From the IMG/VR virus record IMGVR_UViG_3300009285_003054, positions 88,726 through 152,725 of that record: a DNA stretch of 64,000 nucleotides. One strand, given 5' to 3'. Below, one piece after another: positions 44,937 to 55,179 of this stretch. The notes beneath the pieces are model-generated. The model saw nothing but the letters and a program-made list of their open reading frames with translations. It searched no databases and had not been told where the DNA came from. The DNA is from a virus. Numbering within the stretch: the first letter of the stretch is position 1; each line of letters begins with the position of its first letter. Both the position numbers and the translations under genes were made by a program.

Positions 44937-47510
44937 TTATCCACCTGCTGCGAAGTCAACGGGTGGTTTCCCACCATAAGCCGATTTCCAACGATCTTCA
45001 AAGTCCTCGGAATCCCCCAATCGCAGACCCTTTGTGTGCAATGCTTTGAGTATCTTGACTGCTTGGGTCCGATCTTTAATAGGACACCAATATCCAGATC
45101 CCTCGTACTCCCAACGATGTTTGCGGAAGATCCGGTCAGCGTTCTTATTGTTTCCCCTCTGAGTACAGATCATCACACGGTTGTTATCCACATCGTGAGA
45201 GACATGTACCGAGAAGCCCATATCCTGCGGCTGTTTTCTCCTCTCACCCTTCTGCTCTTTGAGGATCTCTGGAAATAGCTTTCGGGGGAGACGTTGAGAC
45301 CCAATCACCCTCTTTGCATCTCCTTCGTTGAGGATCTCAATTTTCCCCGCTTTCAGGAGATCCAACATTCTCAATCCCCGTGCCTTATCGGAGAAGTGAT
45401 ACTTCCACAGCCCGGGATGCCACACAAATCCAGACTGCACCAGCCAGGGGGTATCCGCCTCGTCTCCATCCAATGCCAGGAAATCAATTCCGTCCCATCC
45501 CAGGATGTAGATATCCTTGATCACAGTGACATCAGCCGAGACAGTATCCCCAGTGTCAATTTCTACTTCATCGTGCCCGGGATCCGCATCCGCCGCTACT
45601 TGAGGAAGATAATCATCAATCTTTTCGAGCAGTTCATCGGGATTAATGAACGTCCCTACTGGTTTGTTGTTGACCAGCAGGACCGCCTGTTTGTACTCAT
45701 CCCCCCCGAAGAAGTCATCCCCCTTTGGTTTCTCCAGCTTGACCACAATGGGGTTGCCCCCATCCACGACCCGCTTGTAACGTACCCGATTCTCCTGCTG
45801 CATTTCCAGCAGGTTTATCAGAGTATCGTGCCATTCGTCTACGGTGTAGTATACCGTATCTCCCACGGGCGCATCAACATCAGCTACCGGTTTCTCATCG
45901 GCAAAGGAGATCCCTTCCAGAAGATCAAAATCCCGCTCGTCTTCAGGAGACGCACCGCCGGTAGCTCCAGTGTTGATGTGCGCGAAGTGTTGAATCAACT
46001 TCGCAGCATCTACCATACTGATTGCAGTATCGACAGTGATATCCCAGTTAGCCCCATCCTTCTTGAACCGGAGCCAGCTCTTCCCAAACCCCGCTTTCAA
46101 ACGATCTTGCTTCTTGGTTAACTCTCCCCCGAGAGCCAGCAGGAACTGTGCCAGCTCGTCGTCGTCAAGCCAGTTGTCAACCGTAACATCCCAGAGGTAG
46201 TCTGGTTTACGTCCAGTTCGTTTGAGTGTAAACTCAATGTCGTTAGGGAGACCCACATCAATGATCTTCCCACCAGACTTGACGTTAACCCGACTGGCCA
46301 CGTCATCCAGTGCGTCCTCGGGATCCTTTTGAGTTTTTGCTGTCTCATCGGAACCACCAGACTCCTGAGGGTCTTCCATACCTATTGCGGGAACAGCGTC
46401 ATTCTTTGAGGGAATTTCCGAGGTAGTTTTGGTGCTATCTGGTCGCTTATCATGCGGTGCTGGGGTGCTTGACGGTTGGACGGCTGTCCCCGGAGGAAGC
46501 ATAGGAACATCCTCGCCAGAGTCGGGGGATACTGGGATCAATTTGGAAAGCCTTACCAGTATTGATTTTTGCTTTCGTACAATCTCTGTCAAGGCATCAA
46601 TATCATCGGCTGCCGCCGCAATGTCATCCTCTGAAGGGAGCTCAATATCCCGTAGAATCTCTACTGCCATTTCATCGTCTACGCTCTCAAGCATCCCTTG
46701 GATACGATCCGCCATATCGTGTACTTCTGCTAACAATCTCGAATGTGTAGGATCTTCAGGTTCGTCGGCTGGGGGGGATACATCGTCATCCCCAAACGTC
46801 CACCCCAATCCCCGTGCTCTCCTTTCCAGAGTAGCCCAATTTGCCTTCGGGTTGTTGGCTAAGTCAAGAAATGCCTTCTGTGCAGAATCAGGACCCTGTG
46901 CAGAAGGTGGCAGGATCTGAAGATCTAGTGCAAGATCAGCGAACCTTGGTTCAAACTCTGTATCTGTTGCCAATTCTTCGACCAATGCTTGCAACCTAGT
47001 CCCGTCTGAAGCCAGTGCGCCCTTGATATCGTGTTTCCAATCATACACTTCCGAAAAATCAACCTTGTGGCCTTGCGCGCTGATCCATTGTTGTATAAGA
47101 TCCCAAGTTTTTGGCGATAGATTTCCCGGTGCGTTGAACGCTTCAGTACGCCGTTGTGTTACCATAGGCAACACACTCCGAGTGCGAGCAATTGATTCAC
47201 TCGCAGCGTAACGATCATCCAAAAAATCGGTATCTTTAGGGTACCATACCAATGTCATGTAAGTACCCACTTGAGCCGACTTGATCTGGTAGGGATTAAC
47301 AGGAAGCGCAGCCTCTTTGGCGTAGAGTACATAAATCCCTTGCGGGATACCGTCTGCACGCACTGCCACACGGGGGATCCAGGTTGAGTCCAAACCCCGC
47401 TTAAACACTGGATCATCATTGTACGTTTCTGGCCACTGGGTCTGTACTGCGGCCCGAATTTGATCCAAAAAATTTCGTGTTCGTGAGAACCGTTGTAGCG
47501 CAGTCGTCAT
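44937..47510 (-). CDS. Large acidic multidomain hypothetical protein (857 aa)
   Basis: GGGTAA upstream; D/E-rich; duplicated WD(V/I)TVD modules and duplicated C-terminal modules. Confidence 0.75.
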   Translation of the reverse strand: MTTALQRFSRTRNFLDQIRAAVQTQWPETYNDDPVFKRGLDSTWIPRVAVRADGIPQGIYVLYAKEAALPVNPYQIKSAQVGTYMTLVWYPKDTDFLDDRYAASESIARTRSVLPMVTQRRTEAFNAPGNLSPKTWDLIQQWISAQGHKVDFSEVYDWKHDIKGALASDGTRLQALVEELATDTEFEPRFADLALDLQILPPSAQGPDSAQKAFLDLANNPKANWATLERRARGLGWTFGDDDVSPPADEPEDPTHSRLLAEVHDMADRIQGMLESVDDEMAVEILRDIELPSEDDIAAAADDIDALTEIVRKQKSILVRLSKLIPVSPDSGEDVPMLPPGTAVQPSSTPAPHDKRPDSTKTTSEIPSKNDAVPAIGMEDPQESGGSDETAKTQKDPEDALDDVASRVNVKSGGKIIDVGLPNDIEFTLKRTGRKPDYLWDVTVDNWLDDDELAQFLLALGGELTKKQDRLKAGFGKSWLRFKKDGANWDITVDTAISMVDAAKLIQHFAHINTGATGGASPEDERDFDLLEGISFADEKPVADVDAPVGDTVYYTVDEWHDTLINLLEMQQENRVRYKRVVDGGNPIVVKLEKPKGDDFFGGDEYKQAVLLVNNKPVGTFINPDELLEKIDDYLPQVAADADPGHDEVEIDTGDTVSADVTVIKDIYILGWDGIDFLALDGDEADTPWLVQSGFVWHPGLWKYHFSDKARGLRMLDLLKAGKIEILNEGDAKRVIGSQRLPRKLFPEILKEQKGERRKQPQDMGFSVHVSHDVDNNRVMICTQRGNNKNADRIFRKHRWEYEGSGYWCPIKDRTQAVKILKALHTKGLRLGDSEDFEDRWKSAYGGKPPVDFAAGG

Positions 47511-47516
47511 GGGAGG

Positions 47517-47927
47517 TTACCCCTTTATTACCAAGGATTGGAGCAATCGCTCCGCACGGGTAGCTAACTTTATGGATCGATTGGGGTTGTTTAGGAATCC
47601 TACCGATCCTTCGCGGAAGTGCTCAACAACTTTTTGTAGCGCATGCTCAATCTTTTGCGGATCAGCCTGCGCAAGGACTAGTACCGAAGTATGGCGGATG
47701 CGGGAGAATGATTTCCCTGGAGGGATAGATAATGCGGAGGCTACCACCTCAAGTGGAAGATCCCGATGGGTTATAGCGGAAATCCGATATCTGCGATCCC
47801 CACAGAGAACACACCTGGTACGCTCCATGTGTTGCTCTGCCCCGCATCCTTGACATACGTATGCGTATCCTTGGGCAGCGGAGTCCAGAATCTGATTAAC
47901 TCGAGCCATGCGAAGGTCGATCAACAT
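47517..47927 (-). CDS. Zinc-ribbon hypothetical protein
   Basis: YVCQGCG...RCVLCG. Confidence 0.65.
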   Translation of the reverse strand: MLIDLRMARVNQILDSAAQGYAYVCQGCGAEQHMERTRCVLCGDRRYRISAITHRDLPLEVVASALSIPPGKSFSRIRHTSVLVLAQADPQKIEHALQKVVEHFREGSVGFLNNPNRSIKLATRAERLLQSLVIKG

Positions 47928-47931
47928 AGTG

Positions 47932-48489
47932 TCACTCAGTCAATGCCAGATACGTCCGAATGGCCTTCGCAATTTTCTTTTCCCGGGACGACCCTATCGT
48001 AGGGATCTCCCCCAGTGTTCTGTCGGCGTTCCGTCGCAGTAGGCTCGCCAAGGTCTCCCCTTGTGTGATCAGCAGGGTCGAAAGATCAGGAGGCAGCTCC
48101 AGGGCAGCAATATCCCCCGGTGCTTCTACGAGAACAGCCGATTTGGGATCAGAGACTGCAACTTCCTGCTCAAAGACAGGTCCCCCCGATATTTCTTCTG
48201 AACCCAACTGCCCGGCATCATCAATATCCTCCGGAACAACCTCTTCTACTGTACAATCGAGTACGATATCTGACTGTACAATCGGGGTTGGGACCGAGGG
48301 TACTGGTTGTACCTCTTGCATAGCCTTCGCAGAGACTTTGTTAAGGGGTTCTCGATCGAGTGTGTACATGCGCCTGTTCGATTGAATTGTGTGGATTGTC
48401 ATATTCCTACCCTTTTGCTGAGAGGTTGTGAGATGGTGTACGGGACAGGAAAACCGATCCCGTCTGCAGATGCAGCGTGCAGCGTTCAT
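47932..48489 (-). CDS. Hypothetical protein with C-terminal helix-hairpin-helix motif
   Basis: TLGEIPTIGSSREKKI resembles the HhH consensus L..(I/L)PG(I/V)G...A.KI. True start may be ATG 48402. Confidence 0.55.
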   Translation of the reverse strand: MNAARCICRRDRFSCPVHHLTTSQQKGRNMTIHTIQSNRRMYTLDREPLNKVSAKAMQEVQPVPSVPTPIVQSDIVLDCTVEEVVPEDIDDAGQLGSEEISGGPVFEQEVAVSDPKSAVLVEAPGDIAALELPPDLSTLLITQGETLASLLRRNADRTLGEIPTIGSSREKKIAKAIRTYLALTE

Positions 48490-48500
48490 AGGTAGCGCCC

Positions 48501-49799
48501 CTATGTCAAACGTTTCTGGAATTCTCTTCGTAGAAGAGTAGCCAAGGCGGCAGTAGCCACATCTACCCCAAAGAGATCCATGAACTGATCTTTTCTTCGT
48601 TTGGTAACGCTACCCAATGTTGGGAGTGACATATCAACCAAGAGATCGACATCGTTTTTTGACGGTGCCTCTCCAAATTTCGTCATTGTGTCAGTGGCAA
48701 TATCACCCAAACTCGGTTTGATCAACCCTTTGTGCCCCCGCCACCACCCAGCCGCATCCGCTACATCCGACTGTAAACTAGCCACCTTCACCAGCTCCGG
48801 ACTCCCATCACTCTGGATGACGATATCCACCGCCTTCGGGGTCGTAGCATCCTCGGGACCACCTACCTGGATCACTTCTCTCCTAGTAGCACCTGGCGGA
48901 CCTTTCTCAAGCACTTCATGTTCCCGTTTACGCCTTCGCTGGCTAGAGATCCCCTCAATGTAGTGTGCGGCTCTGTGGTATTTTTCCTCGGGTTGACGCT
49001 GCAGCACCCCTACAGCCTGCTTGATTTCACCTTGGATATCGGATTGTACACTGGATGCTATCTCGAAGTAAGCGGCGTTGTCTTGGATACCGACGCCGCT
49101 AAAGGAATTCCCTTCGGACCTCTCTGGGGTGTACAGTTCTACTGTAGACACGAAGGTAACATCTACCCCTATATTGCAGTCGTCTATCTCACACATCGGA
49201 GTAGGCAGCACCCGAGCTCGCAAGTTAATATGTGGGAACACCCGAGTAAGGCTGAGAATAGACTGCGCCACCGCCGGAGCATGTTGCAGAATAGGGCGAG
49301 GAATCTCTTGGGATTTGTCCAGCGCATCTGCTAGATAATCATGCGCAATTCGTACTACTGCACGAGATACATTCATGCGCAATACAGAATCGGACTCAAT
49401 TTGTCGGAGAAGTGTAGGCTTGGGTAGTTTACTCCGCCCCTCTCCGGATACCGCGTCATGGATCCGAAATGACACCCTCAACTGGCATCGGGTAACGGAG
49501 TCCGCATAAGAGATTGCTACCTTGAAGTCATCCAACCCAGATGGCTCAGGCATACTCCAACGAAGTCCTGCGGTAGAGAATACACGAGTGTCTAGGTCCC
49601 TGACGGGGGCTACGTTCTGTGTGAGTACATTAGCAATCCGAAGCACTATTGAGTGCGGGATGTGTGGAAACTTCCCCACTGTCCCATGCACTCCATCTCG
49701 CAACAAAGATTTACAGACTGCGCGGACACCATCCCCACGTAGTCTGGTGTATTTAGCTATCTCTCGAGCTGTTTCGAGAGAGACTTCGATTTTACTCAT
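48501..49799 (-). CDS. Hypothetical protein (432 aa)
   Basis: GGAGGGG SD; contains RIA/KVA segments. Confidence 0.75.
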   Translation of the reverse strand: MSKIEVSLETAREIAKYTRLRGDGVRAVCKSLLRDGVHGTVGKFPHIPHSIVLRIANVLTQNVAPVRDLDTRVFSTAGLRWSMPEPSGLDDFKVAISYADSVTRCQLRVSFRIHDAVSGEGRSKLPKPTLLRQIESDSVLRMNVSRAVVRIAHDYLADALDKSQEIPRPILQHAPAVAQSILSLTRVFPHINLRARVLPTPMCEIDDCNIGVDVTFVSTVELYTPERSEGNSFSGVGIQDNAAYFEIASSVQSDIQGEIKQAVGVLQRQPEEKYHRAAHYIEGISSQRRRKREHEVLEKGPPGATRREVIQVGGPEDATTPKAVDIVIQSDGSPELVKVASLQSDVADAAGWWRGHKGLIKPSLGDIATDTMTKFGEAPSKNDVDLLVDMSLPTLGSVTKRRKDQFMDLFGVDVATAALATLLRREFQKRLT

Positions 49800-49851
49800 T
49801 ACCCCTCCATGACATCCAGCAAACCTTATGCATTGTGTACTAGAACTGTAC

Positions 49852-50301
49852 TTAGAACTGTACCACTAATCTCCAGATCAGGACATCCGATGTGGTTTTG
49901 GCGATCATTGGTCGATGACTTACTGCGAAGAGTACCCGGGTGCCAACCTCTGGTGGATTTAGGGGAGAGTCTAGGATAGTTGCGTATATCCCCCACTCGC
50001 TGACAGTAATGATTGCTTCACTTGCGGAGATACGACAAGTAGAAGCGGATGCTGAATCATTAGCATATTGAACTAGATCAATTGGTTCGGGATCTGCCAC
50101 CAACATCGGGTATGTATCTGGACCAATTATTTCCACCAGCAGCGGATCGATTGCGATCACAGTAGTTGGATCCAGCGGATCATGTCCCCCAGAACCTACC
50201 CGGAAGTGCGTGAGTTTCCACGCCAGGCCTTCCATAATACCCCGCGCCAGCAACTCTAGGCCACCATTGGTAGCTTGCGCAATTACACTTCCAATTGGCA
50301 T
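49852..50301 (-). CDS. Tail-collar-fibre-like protein (DUF3751-like); paralog of 54737..55171
   Basis: TNGGLELLA...LTHFRVGSGG...EWGIYA...LFAV...KT pattern; ATG 50301 has a GAGGA SD. Confidence 0.65.
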   Translation of the reverse strand: MPIGSVIAQATNGGLELLARGIMEGLAWKLTHFRVGSGGHDPLDPTTVIAIDPLLVEIIGPDTYPMLVADPEPIDLVQYANDSASASTCRISASEAIITVSEWGIYATILDSPLNPPEVGTRVLFAVSHRPMIAKTTSDVLIWRLVVQF

Positions 50302-50308
50302 GATATCC

Positions 50309-53300
50309 TCACTTGGAAAGGAGCGGGCGTCCAATCAGATAGTAAGCCTCAAACACACCTCCAATTTGCGGAGCGTAGATGTCACGAGGACGGATACCTG
50401 AGAGCGATTTTGGTGCACCAGATACCTGGAGTATTGGTGTACCACTATTGCCAATTACCATGTAGTGCCCGCCGTAGTAGTTTCCGAACCAAGACGATTC
50501 AGACCGCAGCCGGAAAGGAATACCTGGATGGAGGTATGTTGGTGGGTTCGGTAGCAACTCCCAACCCACGACACCCTGCAGTATTTCAGTAGACAGCAAC
50601 CCTTCCAAATTTCCAAAAGGAAGGTATGCCACACCATCAGCCACAAACCTACGGGTTGAAGAATCTGCCCCGTCATACTCCCAGAGGGTTACTGCAACTC
50701 CTCGAGTTGCATCCGCAAATGATGCGCTATCCATTGCGGCCTCGTGACTAGCGTAGTCTCTATACTCTATTACAGCACCATGTACAGGCCTGTGGGCCCC
50801 ACCTATCTGCTCGCCGGAGAAGCTATCATCCATCATTACCAATGCACCGCCGGACGCATAGTCAGCACTACCTAGTGGAATTTCTCTCCCCGTAAGTTCC
50901 CATTCAGCTATGACTACACCGAACCAATTATACACACCCCCACCGGTAGCATAGAGATCTCCCGCGATGTTCCAATTAGGCCAAGGAAGATGATCCAGCA
51001 TCCCATCGTAGCCAATCTGGAGTGTCTTCAGAATTGACCGTAGGAAGTATGGTTTACCGGAAACTTCTGCTCTCATCCGAGAGCGCCAAAACGATGTACC
51101 TGATGATGCCAATGCTTTTGCACGACCAGCAAACTGGAATCTAGCGCCGGTATAGTCATATGCCTGCTGCATATTGTTAGCTTCACTCATTGTCTCTGGG
51201 TGAATATACTGTGGCAGTCTTCCGAAGGTAGAGAGAAAAGTCTTTCCAGTACAGATAACCTCGCCCTGAAGGATGCCTTTTAGATAAGCAACCTTATCAA
51301 CCACGCAATCCTTAGCGGACATTCCCTGGTACGGGGTGTTTTCATACCACACCAGGATGTCCTCTGCCGCTGCAGCTGGAGGAGTAATGGTTACGAATAC
51401 CGCACGATAATCCTTACCCGCACTTTGATAGCCACCCGTCAGTGCCGACAATCGACCACCATCTACCCCTTCGTACACCTCCATGGTGTACTGATCATAT
51501 GGGATTACATCCCACGGGTCTGCTGTAGCTGTGTCTCTCCACAGCAAACATACGAAGCGCAAGAAATGTGCATTAGTGGATCCGGACAAATATGCACCAG
51601 CTGTGATTTGTCCGGTCCAATCGTGTGTGTAAAACTTATAGAAACCCGTAATACAACGACTACCGCGGGTTACCTCTACCCATCTGTCAGCGTCTGCGGT
51701 ATCATACGCAACCATTACATGTACATCGTGCGCAACTATAGGTGCACCGAAGGTAATTTCCAAGGTTTGGTTGTCATCACTAATGGTCACGCCGTATGTG
51801 TAACTTGCTCGAGTTACACCTATCACAGTAACTCCCAAAAACCCCAGGAAATAGGCTGCCCCCGATTCAGGTACCGCTGCTTCCAGATCTGCGTGTACCA
51901 ATGTCAGTACAGCACCGCTGAATGCCGATACTGTGATATCGGCTACCATTGGGTTAACCCCTAGCACATTCCCGACACCTAGAGGACCCCAAGTACCACA
52001 GAACATTCGATTAGGCACCCGAGTCAAACCACCGTTGTCTGTGTGTTGGATGTCGGTATCAGACCTCCGATGGATCATCCAGTAGTAAAAATGCACTAGT
52101 GTATTGTCCGGAGTGGTCAAATCCAATTCCATATCAATGGGGTACCCATCACCGTCAACAGCATTTATTACAACATTAGCGGTTGTACACGACACAATAG
52201 CCGTGTCCAAATTGTCCCACTGATATGGGTGTGCTGGTGGGCCTGCCGCACTGTATAGAAGGAAATGTGGACCGTCAGTTGGGGATGTTGTGTCCGCGAC
52301 GTAAATAGACATCCCAACTGGGGCTTGGATACGCATGTGTCCAGGGATACCGATGGCCCAAGTGTGTACGCCATCTGTGAAGTTACCGGTTGGATCAAAT
52401 GCTAACCCAAATGGGCGAACTTCTTCTGCTTCACTCCAGCAATGACGCCACCCGTCGGGGTCAGCTGTCAGTTTGGAGTATCCCAGTACAGCCAGAGACG
52501 CAATAGCGTCTCCTATAGTAAGTCGATTCCCAGCTACATCAGCGTGTACTGGGTGTCGAGCCATCAACGTATCCAATTGTCCTAGCATCAATGATCTTGC
52601 AGTAGCTTCCATCCGGTTGCGGATGTCTGCTTCCCCCAATCCGACTCGGTGGAATAACGGGGTAATTGACCAAGCAATATCATCATGTGCGTAGCCATCC
52701 GGACGACTCCCTGCCAGTCCTCCATTCGGATTTGCTGCTGCGTCAAAAGCTAGAGAGTTGAACCGTGAGATCAGGCATATTGGTATGGCATATTCTGTTC
52801 CGAAGAGGATGACTCTTGGATCAAACGTCCCCGGGACGTACTCCCACAAACCCAAGTCCCCAGAGGTTGCACTGTAACCAGCAGCCGCCATTGCTTCGGG
52901 GGTGTCTTCCACCAATGAAACCGACCCAACATCTATTAGCTTTATGTCCGCATAGATTTCGCGGACATACCCAGCAGAATACGGCATTGTATGATACTCG
53001 CCGAGTGCAATGATCTCCCTATTAGTTGGTGGGACACTCATATCGGGACATGCCACAAAAGAGACTTGCAGCACTACGCAGGACCGATAACCCCCCGCTG
53101 CCGGACTGGCGTTCAGAGTCACCTCCGACGAGGCTTGAGGGATCACTAGTCGATAACCCCGGACGTTGACTACAATATCCCTATCAAACCCCATCACCAA
53201 CCCACCTTTCGATTCAAAGGTGGTATCAGTCAACAACCCCGAAGGGAGGGTTTGGGTTTCCTTAGACAGGGCCACTCGAGTGGCCCTGTCAGCGTCTCTC

Positions 53301-54730
53301 CCTGCAGGTCCTAGGTTAGCTACGGGGTATATTGGAAAGACCCAGCGCGATCCGGTAGTGCTGTATAGCTGGATGCCGTCACCTACCCCAGGGTTCTCCG
53401 TCGATCTTCGATAGACTACGCACAGTGGCATTCCCCAGGCTACGCCATCGTATGATCCAGTATGTGCGCTTAGCCACAAGCGGGTATCCGCTTGTGCTGT
53501 TGAGTAACCCCATGCTACTCCGTCACTGTTCATTGGGGTAGCGGCCATGGCCGCTGGATCATAGATATCAGCCATTTCTGCCAGAGATACATCATCTACT
53601 GTACGAATACTCACAAAGTTGGCAACATAGTGACCATCCGGAGTTACTTCTACCGAAGTAATGTCAAAACTTGTATCGGCGTGCGATGCACTGTTGGTCA
53701 AAGTCTCCAATGCGAGAGAAATTTGACTCCCAGTAAGGGTACCCCCTCCGGCTCCTGAGTATCCCCATGACTCAGGGGATACGATCTCTCTACGATAGCA
53801 CTCCAAGTAGACCAGATCATAGCGGGTTCCTATACCCGGCTTGGCTGCAAGATCTACGTCCAGCATCCTCGTGCGAATGTAATGCCCATTCACTAAACAC
53901 CGAATCTCACCTAGTCCGAGACGTGTACCTGTGGAAGGGTGTGCATGAATACTGAGTAGGAGATCCTCCCCGTAAGCAAAATCAGTAGCTGTGTCACCTG
54001 CAATAATCCCGGAGCCATGCAGCGCCCTTCGGAGATCGCGATCATTCTCTGATTCAGCATAGTGACTGTTAAGCGCTGCTACACCCCAAGCACACCACCA
54101 GATCGTCCCGTTCCAGATATAAGCCGATAGGCTGCTTCGGACAAGGATGCAATCCCCTACCTTCAAGTCCGGAACTGTTGCCAACGGAAGATCAGCATAC
54201 GTACTGACTGATGGGCGCCAATTTGAATCAAATAGACCCTCTACACGGTGTCTTTCTGCATAGGAGAAGTCAGCAAGAACTGCTTCGATTGCCCCCGGGG
54301 CTGTCTGTACTGTCCCCACAATCAGCAGGCTGTCTTTGTATGCCGAAGCAGTATAGCCGCTGTCTGAGAAGACGCCGAATTCGTAGATTTCCCCGCCCAT
54401 CACTGCAACATACTGGATTCGGAGAGTAATGTAATACTTGACCCCTGCTGTGATTGTGAGAGTCCAAGGACCATCCGACCCATCGCTCTTCACCAATAGA
54501 CCGTCCGCGCCCAAAGCAACCCACCCAATCCCTAACCCAGATATCACCCGTACCTGTAGGAGCCCCGGTACTGGCTCCAGATAGGGCGCAGATTGCTCAT
54601 TTCGTCGCCCTGGGAGGGAAAGGTCATTCCATGCAGTAACAAACCCTTTTCGGAACAGATCCTCTCGAGTCTTTAGGATGTTTCCGGTAGCATCTACTGC
54701 ATTATTTCTATACGGTATGTACGCTTCCAT
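50309..54730 (-). CDS. Very large virion structural protein (tail fibre/baseplate, 1473 aa)
   Basis: V.TYADLP...GD.......AYIWNG fibre motif; RYDLVYLECYR; repeated (G/A)(M/I)P(L/I)C...R units; RPDG; flanked by the collar-like genes. Confidence 0.7.
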   Translation of the reverse strand: MEAYIPYRNNAVDATGNILKTREDLFRKGFVTAWNDLSLPGRRNEQSAPYLEPVPGLLQVRVISGLGIGWVALGADGLLVKSDGSDGPWTLTITAGVKYYITLRIQYVAVMGGEIYEFGVFSDSGYTASAYKDSLLIVGTVQTAPGAIEAVLADFSYAERHRVEGLFDSNWRPSVSTYADLPLATVPDLKVGDCILVRSSLSAYIWNGTIWWCAWGVAALNSHYAESENDRDLRRALHGSGIIAGDTATDFAYGEDLLLSIHAHPSTGTRLGLGEIRCLVNGHYIRTRMLDVDLAAKPGIGTRYDLVYLECYRREIVSPESWGYSGAGGGTLTGSQISLALETLTNSASHADTSFDITSVEVTPDGHYVANFVSIRTVDDVSLAEMADIYDPAAMAATPMNSDGVAWGYSTAQADTRLWLSAHTGSYDGVAWGMPLCVVYRRSTENPGVGDGIQLYSTTGSRWVFPIYPVANLGPAGRDADRATRVALSKETQTLPSGLLTDTTFESKGGLVMGFDRDIVVNVRGYRLVIPQASSEVTLNASPAAGGYRSCVVLQVSFVACPDMSVPPTNREIIALGEYHTMPYSAGYVREIYADIKLIDVGSVSLVEDTPEAMAAAGYSATSGDLGLWEYVPGTFDPRVILFGTEYAIPICLISRFNSLAFDAAANPNGGLAGSRPDGYAHDDIAWSITPLFHRVGLGEADIRNRMEATARSLMLGQLDTLMARHPVHADVAGNRLTIGDAIASLAVLGYSKLTADPDGWRHCWSEAEEVRPFGLAFDPTGNFTDGVHTWAIGIPGHMRIQAPVGMSIYVADTTSPTDGPHFLLYSAAGPPAHPYQWDNLDTAIVSCTTANVVINAVDGDGYPIDMELDLTTPDNTLVHFYYWMIHRRSDTDIQHTDNGGLTRVPNRMFCGTWGPLGVGNVLGVNPMVADITVSAFSGAVLTLVHADLEAAVPESGAAYFLGFLGVTVIGVTRASYTYGVTISDDNQTLEITFGAPIVAHDVHVMVAYDTADADRWVEVTRGSRCITGFYKFYTHDWTGQITAGAYLSGSTNAHFLRFVCLLWRDTATADPWDVIPYDQYTMEVYEGVDGGRLSALTGGYQSAGKDYRAVFVTITPPAAAAEDILVWYENTPYQGMSAKDCVVDKVAYLKGILQGEVICTGKTFLSTFGRLPQYIHPETMSEANNMQQAYDYTGARFQFAGRAKALASSGTSFWRSRMRAEVSGKPYFLRSILKTLQIGYDGMLDHLPWPNWNIAGDLYATGGGVYNWFGVVIAEWELTGREIPLGSADYASGGALVMMDDSFSGEQIGGAHRPVHGAVIEYRDYASHEAAMDSASFADATRGVAVTLWEYDGADSSTRRFVADGVAYLPFGNLEGLLSTEILQGVVGWELLPNPPTYLHPGIPFRLRSESSWFGNYYGGHYMVIGNSGTPILQVSGAPKSLSGIRPRDIYAPQIGGVFEAYYLIGRPLLSK

Positions 54731-54736
54731 ATATCC

Positions 54737-55171
54737 TCAGAGCTGAATTCCGACGGTGAATGTATATCTATCGTTTGATGTCTTGACGTTCAAGGGTGTG
54801 TTTGCTACAGCATAGAGGAAATGATCTCCAATCTCATCAATTGGATCATCCCCATTGAACACAATCTCGGCTATCAAGCCGAGGCTAGAGACAGATGCGC
54901 CTACAGCCTCGGAGAATTCAAGAATACATGTCCAATATGGACATGTGGTAGTGAGATACCCGGACCCATCAACCGACTCTTCACCAAAGACCTGCCCCGG
55001 TATTTCAGTCAACGTTGGGTCTGGTGTCAGTGCAACCAACGGATCGAGCGGGTCATGACCTTCGCTACCAAGCACGAATCCAACTACTTTGAAGCTCTTT
55101 CCGGTTATGGTTTGCTGCGCATGGCGCGCCTGTGCTGTATCGGTAATCACTGCAGTAACTTCAGTACCCAT
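54737..55171 (-). CDS. Tail-collar-fibre-like protein; paralog of 49852..50301
   Basis: Shares F.(V/L)GS.GHDPLDP, EA....S..G..A.I and L(F/Y)AV...P...KT..D with its paralog. Confidence 0.65.
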   Translation of the reverse strand: MGTEVTAVITDTAQARHAQQTITGKSFKVVGFVLGSEGHDPLDPLVALTPDPTLTEIPGQVFGEESVDGSGYLTTTCPYWTCILEFSEAVGASVSSLGLIAEIVFNGDDPIDEIGDHFLYAVANTPLNVKTSNDRYTFTVGIQL

Positions 55172-55179
55172 AACTTCCC

